NCBI GenBank assembly: GCA_973851085.1
Contig: OZ316775.1
Span: 20,956,001-21,020,000, forward strand
Length of the DNA stretch: 64,000 bases
Direction of reading: 5' to 3'
Origin: Ptychomitrium polyphyllum
Taxonomy: Eukaryota
Part shown: positions 1-11,760 of the stretch, piece by piece
Numbering within the stretch: the stretch's first letter is position 1
How the letters are laid out: each line of letters begins with the position of its first letter
Made by a program: the position numbers and the translations under genes
The notes under the pieces: generated by a model
Seen by the model: only the letters and a program-made list of their open reading frames with translations
Database searches by the model: none
What the model was told of the DNA's origin: nothing

Positions 1-2811
1 CAATTGGCATGCCTTCTTGCATGAGCACTCCGCCAATGGCAAAGTCACTTGCATCCGTGTGGACCTCAAAGGGCTTTTCAAACTCGGGGAACTTCAATAC
101 CGGCGGTTGTGACAACTTATCCTTGAGTTCTTGACAAGCTTGGTGACAAAATCCATCCCATACTTGGCTAGCTCCTTTCTTCAACAAATCGGACAAAGGT
201 CTAGCAATTTTGGAGAAGTTGCGTATGAACCTCCTATAATAATTTGCTAGGCCAAGAAATGATCTCAGCCCCTTTTGTATAGAAGGTTGTTTCCACTCTC
301 TAATTGCCTTTATCTTCCTTATGTCCGGCTTGATTCCATCATCCGTCACTATATGGCCCAAGAACTCAATCTCAAGTTGTACGAACTTACTCTTTTCTCT
401 GTTGGCATAAAGCTTGTGGTCCCTAAGTTTTTGAAGCACCACTTTGAGGTGCCTTGCATGTTCCTCCGCCAACTTGGAGTACACCAAGATGTCATCAATA
501 TAAACAATGACAAAGTCATCCATCTCTTCTCGAAAGATGGTATTCATGAGGGTCGTGAACGTTGAAGGAGCATTACACAACTCGAATGGCATCACCAAAA
601 ATTCATAGGACCCATACCTAGTGCGGCATGCGGTCTTTGGCACATCTTCATCCGCAATGCGGATTTGATAGTAGCCCGACTTCAAGTCTATCCGACTAAA
701 GTATTTAGCTCCCGCCAATCTATTAAAGAGGTCATCAATGCAAGGCAAAGGATAGTTGTTCTTGATGGTGGCTTTATTCAAGGCTCTATAGTCGACACAC
801 ATGCGGAGGTTGCCATCCTTTTTGTCTACAAAGAGGACCGGTGCTCCATATGGCGACTTACTTGGCCTAATATAGCCTCTTTCCAACAAGTCATTCAATT
901 GCTTCTTCAACTCCTCTAGTTCTTTTTGGTTCAACCGGTATGGAGCCTTAGAAGGGGGCTCCGTTCTTGGTATCACTTCAATTTTGTGATCCACTTCTCT
1001 TCTTGGCGGTAACTCTGCGGGCAGTTCATTGGTGAGCACATCCTTGTAACCACTTAGTACATTTTGAATGCACTTCGGAATAGTCCTAACTTCCTTGGCA
1101 CTTGGCCTATTCCCCTCTTCTTGCTCCATTCGCATCACAACCACAAATTGATTATTCTCTAGTTGTTCTAAGGAGACTAAGTTCAACTTGCCTCTAGCAA
1201 CCATAGGGGTCCTAGTCAACTTCAATATTGTCTCCTTTCCACCACGGCGCACTACTAACCGTACTGGCTTTCGCTTCACATCCACCACATGAGTTTCGAA
1301 AAAGGTATCACCTAAAATGAGGTCTACCTCATCCATCTCACATAGTGTAAAGCTTTCCTTCAACTCCAATGTTCCACTGCTTAAGGCCACATCCAACACT
1401 ACCTCTTTCGTCTCGTACGGTTTGCCTTTTGCAAATCGCACGTTGATGGGCTTGCTAGCTTTTTGAGCCGACAAGCCCAACTCCCTTGCTAGCTTGGGAC
1501 TCATGAAGGAGGGCGTTGCCCCTGTGTCAATCAAACATGAAACATTTTTGCCATTTATTTGGGCCTCAAGGTATAAGAGACTCGACCTTGGCTTAAGGCT
1601 ACTAGCCTTGGCCACAAATCCACCTTCTAAAATGTGATCCACAACACAAGTGTGACAAGCTTTGGTACTCACCTTTTTATCGAGGCACTCCGCAATGAAG
1701 TGACCAATCTTGCCACACCCGTGGCAACGCTTGTGCTTCACTTTAGCACTCTTATCTCCCGATTTGAATGGTTTTCATAATGGTCCACTTTGTTGTAGGC
1801 CCTTCCATCTACTTGTCCCTTGTGTTTGTTTCCAAAGCCAAATTTCTTGCGTTCTCCGCCGCGAGATATATTTCGGCTCAATCCACTTTGTTGAGAGGAA
1901 CCACTTGATTTTCTTTCGGGACCGTCAGCTTCAATTCTTTCCGCGATCTTAATGATTCCTGCCACATCCCCCGGAAGCTTTGGGAACTTGAACAAGGCGT
2001 CCACCACCCACTTTTGAAGCCCACCCAAAAGGATGCATTTCTTTGAAAACTCATCCATTTTGAATGTGGCATTCATTTGGGCGTTGAAATCTTGCACATA
2101 AGTCTTGAGCGACCCGGTGTGCCTCATGTGCACCAAGTTCATGCCCTCCCTCAACTCTTGGTATTCCGGAGTGAAGCGTTCACTCAAGATCTCTTTAAAA
2201 TTGACCCAAGACAAAGTTGCCACCAATTCTGGCTCTTGCTCCTTTTTACTTGTCCACCATTGAAGAGCATGGTCTTTCAAAAAGGTCACCGCAATTGACA
2301 CTTTATCCACCTCCTCCGGCTTTTGAACATCATAATAGTTGTCCATTTCCAAAAGAAACTCCTTCACCTTCCTGGCCTTACCTAGCCCAAAAAAAGTGCT
2401 GGGCATGTTCACTTTGGCCAACTTCTTAGTCGAAGATGAGGACCTAGAACCTTGTGCCATCAAGTGCTCAATCAACCTCTCTTGATGGGTCCTTTCTTCT
2501 TTGCCACGCTTGAGTTCTTGGTTCACACCGTCTATGAACTCGAGCATTTTCATACAAAAACTTAAGTCAGGGTTTTGACTTTCTAGGCCCTCAGGTGGCT
2601 CAAGAATCCTAACTCCTGAGTACTCTCCACCCTCCCACGCTTCGTCTTGTTGAGTTTCCTCAACTTCCTCGGTGACTCCAATGTCATTCCCTTGCTCATT
2701 GGAATCAAAGGATGGAGCCTCACTAATTAAATCGGGGTCTTTGTTCACCCTCGTGCGTGGTCGCTTAGAGGCCCCGGGCTCATCGCCATCATCGACTTTT
2801 TTCTTACCCAT
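1..2811 (-). CDS. Gag-Pol polyprotein with one apparent 1-nt frameshift at ~1772-1775; 3'-truncated by the window edge
   Basis: ATG at 2811 (MGKKKVDD). The gag ORF stops at 1738, while the zinc knuckle, PR, RT and RH motifs all share a second frame. Adding one A to GAAAAC restores [12 protein letters not shown]...RCHGC. Confidence 0.85.
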
Positions 2812-2849
2812 CGCCTCCTCGCACCGTAGCACTTGGATACTCAAAGCTT

Positions 2850-2861
2850 GCTCTGATACCA
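2850..2861 (-). promoter_or_regulatory. Primer-binding site complementary to the 3' end of initiator tRNA-Met
   Basis: The minus strand reads TGGTATCAGAGC just after the LTR end ...GCGACA-TT. Confidence 0.92.
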
Positions 2862-2863
2862 AA

Positions 2864-4008
2864 TGTCGCAACCCTTGCAATGCACCTTAGCAAGCGTCAC
2901 ACGCGTCAACCCTGTACACCCCCACATGGACATGGTTAACCCCCATTATCACTTTCCAAGTCTTTCTACCATTTCTCTTAGGACACCCAATTTATTAGTA
3001 GCCAATAGTTAGGTGCGGACTTCCATTCATGTCCAAGGCCTCACTTGATCTTACTCCCATTCCACACGGCCTAACCGCACTTAGTGGTGTCTCCTCACCA
3101 CCACTCATGATGCCCAAGTGATCCTAAGATCACCCCGGGCCATCATGGTGTCGGCGTGAAGACACCACCCCAACTTAGTGGTAACAAGCGTACCCTTTTG
3201 AACGTGCTAGTTCCCTTCGTGAAACCGGCCGTCCACCGGCTCACAATGGTGTGGGAGTCCCCGTGGTGAAGCCCCAACACTAGCTCCACCAACCGGGACT
3301 CACCCTTGGTCTCTACCGGGACACTAGGGGAGTGGGGAGGGGGACCAGCCCTCCCTTATAGTACTCTCTGTGGGATTCGGCAGGCCCCCTGGCCCTCTAG
3401 AGCTAGCTGAACCCCGAGACATCTAGAGTTTTGGAAGACCACCCGATCCCCCTTGGGACTTAGCCGCTGGAAGCCTTCGGGACTCCCAACGGACCTTCAG
3501 GGCGCCATATCTTCCTCATTCGGTGCCCAAATGTATCAAGCGACCACTCTATCGTCATCTACTCTTCGCGTAGATGCCGATAGACTTCTCAAACGTCCGA
3601 TTTGAGTTAGTATTGTGGAAGATACGCCTCTCCCAAGGTTCGGGACTCTTGGGGAGTCCCTCCCTGGACTGTTCCACTCCAGCACAGTCACTGTGTAGGG
3701 CTGCCACACTCCAGAACAGCCCCTTGGCAATCCCAACTTTGGGGTGCCATAACTTTTAGCTTCCATGTCCGATTTGGGCAATCCTTAGCATTCTAGAATC
3801 AGCTCTTCATGATTCCTTTAATGCCCATGATTTATCCCTCGTGGCCCTTGATCTACATGGGCAAGGATGTTTCTCCCCCTAGGGGTCCTTCCCATGTTAG
3901 GCCCACTCGGTTCTCCTCACTATCGGCGCCACAAGTCCCGGACGTCACTTCGGGGTCCCCTTTGTGCCCTTAGTGTTGTGGGCACTCCTCAGAGCGAGGT
4001 ACGCGACA
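2864..4008 (-). repeat. 5' LTR (1145 bp) of the young gypsy element
   Basis: TG...CA termini with a 6-bp terminal inverted repeat TGTCGC/GCGACA; PBS lies 2 nt inside. Confidence 0.88.
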
Positions 4009-4385
4009 CAGCCCATCTTTCTTCTTGTTTTACTATACCTGTTTATTTAGGTGTTCAAAAGCTCAAAAGCCTTGCTCTAATAGATTCAGGTGCCTCTGCT
4101 TGTTTTATTGACGAAGAATTTATGAAAACCCATAAGTTTCTTTTTAGTATTAAATCCAAACTTGTCCATTTAGAAGTCATAGATGGTCAACCATTATCTT
4201 TTGCAGATGTTATTTATGAGACCAATTCATTAACAATAACATTGAACAACCAGAATAGCCAAGTAATATTTTATATCATTAGGTCTCTGTCAAGTTCCAT
4301 CTTTCTAGGGCTTTCTTAGCTTGAAAAGTACAACCATGGATAAATTGGACATCCCGCAAAATAGAATTTTCATCATTAGAACCTA
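4009..4385 (+). pseudogene. Older Ty3/gypsy aspartic protease fragment (target of the nested insertion)
   Basis: ALIDSGASACFIDEEF...IFLGLS*LEKYN: retropepsin DSG motif, TGG->TAG stop at the conserved W, then a frameshift into INWTSRKIEF. Confidence 0.8.
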
Positions 4386-4389
4386 TAGC

Positions 4390-5022
4390 TGTCAGAGACA
4401 TAGATCATGCAACATGGTCCTTAGAACATTCTAGAACCTTTTAGTATACTATAATAACTTCTTAGAATATTTTTAAATGTCTCCATAGTCTTTCCATGTT
4501 TTTAGGAAGCTTCCTAGGAAAGTTCCTCCACCTTAGAAAACTTCCTAGAAAGGTTCTACCTCTTTAGAAAACTTCCTAAGAAGGTTCCGCTACCTTAGGA
4601 AACTTCCAAGGAAGGTTCCAATTCCTTGGAAGACTCTTAGGAAGGTTCCAACATCTTAGGAAACTTCTTGGGAAGGTTCCCTAGACTTCCAGAACATTCT
4701 TAAGCCTTGTAGGAAGCTTCTTTAGAAGTATCCTAGGAGATACAAACGTCATAGTATAAATAGGAGGCAAGACAAGGTATTCCTTAGTCTTGCCAACACA
4801 AGTTGTAGATCATCTTGAATCATGCCTTGTTCTAATCTTTGTATTGAGTTCTTGTTAATCATTAACTCTTTGGAAGCTAATTATTAAGAAACACCTCGTT
4901 TCTACTTCTTGTTTCTTGTGTCCCTAATTCTAGCCTTGTCTTTGTACCTTGTTATAGCTCTTTATCCCTAATATACCTTGGACATATCTTATTCCACATC
5001 CTGGAATCTTGAAGCCTTATCA
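4390..5022 (+). mobile_element. Probable solo LTR with internal tandem repeats
   Basis: Starts TGTCAGAGACA, TATA box TATAAATAGG at ~4755, pyrimidine-rich U5-like tail, ends ...TATCA. The right boundary is approximate and there is no clean TSD. Confidence 0.6.
4502..4690. repeat. ~6 degenerate copies of a ~31-bp unit (ttaggaaacttcctaggaaggttcc...)
   Basis: Directly visible tandem units, each with a near-palindromic GGAAnCTTCC-TA-GGAAGnTTCC core. Confidence 0.85.
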
Positions 5023-5293
5023 TATAGTTATTATGTCCGTAATAGTATAATTTTAAAGGCACTTGATTTTTAGACTTTTAAATAAAAGAAGAAACAATTC
5101 TTTAAATATAAGTGTCTTAAGATTTCAAATATAAAGTAGAATCCATTCCTTTATATTATGAATTTATTACAATTTCTTGAAATTAATCTAGTGAAAGAAA
5201 TATAAATAGTTAAGATGTAGATATTATGTTAGTCATATAATTCCAATCAAATAGCTCTCATTGCATAATAACCATAAAATATTTTAATAAAAA

Positions 5294-5328
5294 GGCGGGT
5301 AGCGGGAATCGAACCCGCATATTCTCCT
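5294..5328 (-). pseudogene. trnG: 3' half of a plastid-type tRNA-Gly (trnG-GCC-like); probable NUPT fragment
   Basis: The minus strand reads AGGAGAATATGCGGGTTCGATTCCCGCTACCCGCC: anticodon-stem 3' side, T-arm GCGGG-TTCGATT-CCCGC and acceptor 3' strand. The 5' half and anticodon are absent. Confidence 0.75.
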
Positions 5329-8300
5329 CTTTTTTATAAAGTTGGAAAAGTGATTATACAAAATTTATTTTTAAAAAATTCATCTAAAAATCCTTTATAT
5401 TTTGGTAACGATTTATGGAAAAAAAAAATTTGATGACTTTTTAAAAAAGAACAAATTGGATAAAAAAACGTTAAAAAAATGCCTAATAGTAAATTTTTAG
5501 TAATTATCTTTAAAGTAAACTTGGTCATGAAAGTCATGCAAAAGTAATGTTTTAAGGACATTTTTATAACAAAGATACAAAAGTTTATGAATGATTTCAA
5601 ATAGGAGGTGTTGTTTACTATTGATAACTACAAGGATCCATAAATAATTTTTTTGGTAAAAAACAATTGGAATATGCTACAAACATCATGTGACAGATTT
5701 TGGATTTTTTGCACATCTAAGAATTTATTGCAACATGTTAGTTGGGGATCTTGAAGTTAATGGAATAGATGATGACACAAATTTATTTTAAAAGCTTTTA
5801 AAAGGTCCAAAGTGGTTTAAGAAGTTGTTGAAAAAGATATTTTGCTCTTAAAATGTTCCAACAAATCAAAGAAACTTCCAAAGGAGTAATTTAGAATTGC
5901 TTAAATACAAAGTATTATATTTGTAATCTTTTGAGAAGTTCTTAAGGAATTTTAAAATTTAAACTGTATATATAAGAGTAGATATTTTGATCTTATATTT
6001 TGTTAGGATTTTTGGTTCTTGATATAAAGTCCAATTGTTTGTATCTCTTTGTTATAAGGTAGCAATCGCAGGTCATAGAATATGGACTTTGATTTGAACA
6101 AATTTGTATGCATGAAAAGTCTATTTGATATTGTAGATGGCAAATGCAAAACATATTTTGTGAAATTTAAAGAGGTTTATTTCTTACAACATTAAGAAGG
6201 TTTTTTTCTAAAGGCTAAGATCAAAATTAGAGTGTAGACATTTGGAAATCAATACTATCCTATTTACATTTAAAAACTTTATGTTTTGATTCTTTTAATT
6301 TTATATTTTGAACTTCAATATTTTAATATTATTGTTCTTCTTGTACTATTGTACTATTGTTGCCGAAGTATTGTGGCCTTCTTACTTGAGTTGACATCCG
6401 AATTAGAAACCAAAACCCACTCAAAACTTTCTCATTTGGTGAAGGGTGCTCACTTAAAATAGCTTCACCATTTAAGGAAGGTATTAACTGTGGTTTTTCA
6501 CTCTAACCCAAAGTCCTCATGTGTAAGCAGGCAATGAGCCTCTTGTACAACCTCACTTACCATGTTCCAAAGAGAAACTAGTGAAGATCCATAACAGGTA
6601 ATATAAGTTACCAAGGAAAGAAGACTGGCCAAAAAGGCAGCCACCCCAAGCCCACAACCAAGGGACGGAAGGCAGAAGGCAGAAACGCTCCTGCTTGTCC
6701 AAGTGTGAATGCTCCAAAAATACAATTTTCATGGAAAAAGAGGGACGAAAAAGTCTACAGCTTCTTCCAGATGTGGGCTATGGTTAGCTGCATGTGATAG
6801 GCCACAGTGTCAGCCAGCAAAAAATTGATGTGAGGTTTTTTGGTTTGGCGTGTTTTCTTGTGCCTTGACCGGTGCGGTGGAGAAATTTGGGAATCCATTT
6901 TTAAAGTTTGCTTGCAAGGCCTACCCCTGAAGTTGCTACCAATCAATAGTAATCTTTCCCTGTAGACTGTAGCATGTTTGATTGCTGTTTGGACCTGTGG
7001 CGCCCTGCAGAGCAGTGACGTTCAACAACTTCAGCTGCAATAAATGGTAGAGGAAACGGAAGTGCCTTGAGTGTGTAAATATACAAAGAAATAATCAAAT
7101 AAAGAAGTGGTCTGAATTAGCAAAAGTTGTATATCTCTGATACATTTCAAAGTGGAAAACCCATAAGCATTCAGTGAACAACTCTCTCAGATAGAGTCCA
7201 TTTTAAAACATCATCATCGTTATAATATATAGCAATCTAATGAAATTTGACATCTGTGATTGAAATCAATTAAGTTACTTTCGTACCTTAAAATTAATGT
7301 AAAATTTAATGTAGTTCAGTACTTTGTTATATATGTTATATATGTTTGAGAGACCATGTACATTATTGTGGTCTCTCAAATAAAAAATATTTGTGTTTAT
7401 GTTTAATTAAAATAAAGTTGAAGTGTAATTAGAATAAAGTTGAAGTAAAAGATATTATAATGAAGTATTAAAGCAATAATATTTTGGTAAATTGAAAGAC
7501 ATTTGGTATTCTTTAGATGGTGAATTGCCAAAAAAGTGCCAAAAAAGTGTATTTGTGATCTTTTAATAATCAATAAAGTTAAAACATATTACATTTCTTT
7601 TAACTAAGTTTACAATTTTTTTGTAAACTTTTGTGGCTTCCTTGGTTTTGGCTTTTGTATTCATCCTTCCATAATGGTTTATTGTATTAATTCCAAGTTT
7701 TTACATTTTTAATTGTAATCATATAATTTTTCATGGCATTTACAACAAAATTTCTACTAATACAAGAACTTCTTTGGTGATTTACAAAATACAAACCATT
7801 GCAATTTATAAAAATAAACGGATTTTCATTTATTTAACATATTGCTTCAAATTTGGACATTATCATAATTAATGAACTAATAATCTTTGGTCTAAAATAT
7901 GACAGGATAAATTTATTAAACTGGAAATGATTTTTAATTTATAAGGCCTAAATTTACTAAAAACCTCATTGAGGATTGAAAATTCTAATGAATTCAAAAT
8001 CTAAAAGATTTTATTCCAAAGTAATTTTGAAAAATGAATGTGTTATTTTAAATGGTTTAAATACTTATAATCAATGCATTAGTAGCTTTATTTTTTTAAA
8101 TTCTATCTTTAGATATTTATGCAAGTATTGACTTTTATTTTATTTTGAAGATTTATAGAAACAAAAACAATAATTGATATTTGTAATGGTCATGGTTTGT
8201 TTTCTTTATTGCAAAAAATTCAACGTGCTTTAGTTTCAAACCTGAAAACCATCTTAATATATTATGAAAATTTTATTGGCAATAGACTTCATTGTTCATT

Positions 8301-9099
8301 CAAATATATATAAAAATAAAAGGTCTCAAAAAATAGAAGGCCTTATTAATAAAGAACTTTAGAGTGAACATGAAACTGTAGGATAAACGCTCGATATTCT
8401 AGGTTCTTGAAATAAATTTTAAATCCTTAAGTTTTAAATAAACCATTTACAATCTTTTTTCAAAATTTAATGATTTTTGATAAAATGGACACATTAGCTT
8501 TCTAAAACCTCACCTTGACTTGTACATATACAAAAATATATTTTGAAACAATTTTTTGTTTTTCTTGTCCATATAACTTATTCTGAAAATTTATTCAAAT
8601 TTAATAGAAACTATGCTATCATTCATTTTTGATTAATAATGATTTTTGGATGACATTTGCATATTCATATAAAGTATCAACATCAAAATATTTTAAATTA
8701 TGTTTTCAATAAATCATCTTTAAATTTATTTAAAAAGACAAACTATTCATTATTTTATAAATTACGGAATTATTAATTCAAATTTTATTATAAAAATCAT
8801 AGATTTTAATATAAAAAAAAATTAACCTATGAAAATGTCTTTGTCTTTCTTTTCAAAGGATTTTAATAAAGCTTTCTTAAATTACAATAATATTCATATA
8901 AGTATTTTTGATGCTATACAATATATGTAAAATTAGCCAGTTAAGATTAAACTAAAATTACCTTAAACATAATTAGTGAAAATTTTCAAATTGAGAGAAT
9001 ATAACATTTTTGTGGATTACATTTTATCATATTTTTTCAAACCTGGCCATATGGGTTTTTTTAAATTACCATGCTTTTATAAAAAAATTCAATATTGAA

Positions 9100-11760
9100 T
9101 TCCAAAAAGAGATAGTAAATCTGCATTTTTCAATATATTTTTATGGCATCCAAAGGCCCTTGGCACTTGGGAATGAAATGCTTGTGTGTCTAAATTCTAA
9201 CATTATACTATTGAACAGTTGTAGCACTTCCAAGATATGCATGTTTTTCATCTATTTTGTGTTGATGAATAATTTTTTGTTGTAAGATGTTATTTTTCAT
9301 ATTAAATTCAAGTTACTTAGGATATTCTTAAATTGTATATAAGATCTAAAATTAGGAAAGGTAACAAAAACAATTCATCATATAAATTTTTATTTCTTTT
9401 CTAACTTGAATTTTTGGAAGATTTAAAATCAAGTGTGTTATTGCAATTATAAATTGAATACCTATCAATACAAAATAGAAATTTGTTAGTATTAAGAATT
9501 TGAATGATTTTTATTAAATATGACATTCTTCATTGAAAGTTTTATGCTCATGTAACTTAGAATCTTATTTGTTTGTCTTTGATGCCAATACTAATGGTTT
9601 TGGTTTTTCTTTCCTTGACTTTAGTTGAAAAGAAGGCTTTGAAGGCCCATTGTAGGCTTTCTAAGGTCATTATGCATTATAAGCTTTAAAAGTCTATTAT
9701 ATCTTACTTACTAACATGCATTTTTTAAAGAATTTTGATAAAATGTAAAGTATGATTTCATGGTACAAAGTCCATCTTTTTAGGAATTCGTCATAGTATA
9801 AAACATTTACACATTCCATTATTTGCTACAGAATTGTCTCATATGCATTTCCAAATTGCAATGTACATGTCAATAAAGATAATGGTCAATACTATAGACT
9901 TTAGTAAAAAGACTATAGACATTAATTCTAAGATTATGAGCTAATTAACATTTTCAAAACAATGTTCTTCACATGAAACAAATTGCAATGAATTGAACCT
10001 AAGGCCTTAAAAACCAAATCCAAGAATACATAGAATTTGCACATAATATGAATTTCTAGTTAATTTTTTGAAGTTGACTTCTATACACCCTTATATAAGT
10101 TATCAAGTCAATTAAGTTAAGATTCCAAGTTTCAAATTTCATTTATAATTTCCACATGCAAAACGGACAATCCCTACAAATATTTATTTTCTTACAAATT
10201 GCTCCTACCCTATGGAAAAGCAAGCTACATATGTAAAGCATGTATACTATTATGACTATTGATCCAAATCACCACTCAAAAAAAATTTATTTGTAAATTC
10301 ACCCCGCATCTCAATCAAAATTTTAAGAATAATCTTACTTCTTCCTTCATATCATACGTATTTATGATTGAAGTATTGATGCCACAAAGCTTCACCCCTT
10401 TAGTTGGCACACATATTTAAATGCATGCATCTTGAGTCACTCAAACACTCAAACACTCAAACACTTTTCAAAGTAAAGGAGGTGACTTTACATACAACTT
10501 TAACATGACTTTAGAATGTGGAAGCATGTTTCCTTTATATATAGGCTTGATCAAAATAGAGCAGGTGGCTACTGTGTTAGTGGTGGGAGGAAATGCTGAC
10601 TGTTCTTTTGGGATCTGAGATCCTTTATGCAGACTACTGCCAACCTTGACTGCAATTTGCAAACAGTATCCAACCTAGGAGCAGTTTGCATGCATGCACC
10701 CAATCAGATTTTCCAGAGATTTCAACAAAAGAAGAGTCGAATTTCTGTATTCATTCATCTTTTATAATTACAGCTAATAATATCCGATTGCAGCAAGGAT
10801 GGCTAAAATAAATCTTTCATTTCCATTTTTGAATAAAACTTAATTCAGGTTCGTCGTGCTTTCGTGAAAATGTGCAATTTTTCATCCAAGTTTAATGAAA
10901 TCCTCAAATAACGAGGAGCATTTTTGACAAGAAACCTGGCCACAATTCTGTAGAGTGTTTTTTTTCCCAAGACATTTTGGATCAAATTTGGCATACAGAA
11001 CTTTAGTTGAAAGTTTTTTCTTGTTATGTCTAAATATTTGCTATGAAACTTTATTTTATTTTATTATTAAAGTTTAAAGGTGAACATTTTTTTCAAATTT
11101 AAAATCTTCATACAAACAATATGGAATGGCACCTTTATAAAATGAACTAATACCTTAGAAGCAGGGTGTCCAAAGGATTATGTCATACCAATTTTAAATA
11201 ATAATTGTTTCTAAAACTTCACCTAAGTTTAAAAGTATTTACATATTTATACATAAAACTTAGCAACCAATGTAAAGTTTAGAAATCTAATTTCCAAACA
11301 AACTTTCACATCATGCAAAATCACTATTGTTGTGTAAGTAGAGATTGCCGTATATAACAGATTAATTTCTATAACCATTATGGAATTTACAATAAACAAA
11401 ATTAAAAGAAATGCATAACAAATACACTTTCAAAATACAAGAAATCACAATACATAAGGTAAGCAAATTTCACTCTTGAAAAGAAATCCAAAAATGCAAG
11501 TAACAAGATAATTTCTAAATTTTATCAAATTGCTAAACAATCATATCTAAACAAACATACAATAAGAACATATTTCAAAAACATACACAAAACTTGACTT
11601 AGCAAAGAATGCCAAGCCTTTGGAGCTTCTCCTCCTACTATACTCTTCAACTTTAATTGGCATTGTAAAACCAAGTAACTTGAAGTTTATACTTAGTAGA
11701 TGAAAAACTCCTTTAACCAAATTACATCACAACCATTCATTGTGGTTTGGTACATAATAC
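9100..11760 (-). mobile_element. Highly decayed Ty3/gypsy pol remnants, interrupted
   Basis: Faint motifs: HNEW-VM*FG (~11705-11750, cf. HYEWLVMPFGL), SIGVGAI (~10195-10225, RNase H-like), FIPKCQGPL (~9145-9180, integrase C-terminus-like). Very AT-rich and CpG-depleted. Confidence 0.45.

Larger units (their letters stand above)
1..4008 (-). mobile_element. Ty3/gypsy LTR retrotransposon, 5' part (5' LTR, PBS, gag, protease, RT, start of RNase H); runs off the left edge
   Basis: LTR bounded by TGTCGC (2864) and GCGACA (4008). PBS TGGTATCAGAGC. Gag with zinc knuckle [14 protein letters not shown] (~1685-1726), protease LIDTGAT (~1514-1534), [10 protein letters not shown] (YIDD 491-502), RNase [14 protein letters not shown] (~20-65). 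Order PR-RT-RH is gypsy-type. Confidence 0.96.

Noticed and set aside
275..2890. Plus-strand ORFs (275-565, 665-919, 1710-1952, 2077-2429, 2672-2890)
   Set aside because: Antisense shadows of the gypsy gag-pol; no independent motifs.
3867..4319. 150-aa ORF as a real gene
   Set aside because: Chance chimera of LTR sequence and a dead protease fragment across the insertion junction.
4502..4690. CRISPR-like repeat array (also considered for 25660-25751 and 32670-32910)
   Set aside because: Eukaryotic context, no unique spacers of uniform length and no cas genes; these are tandem repeats.
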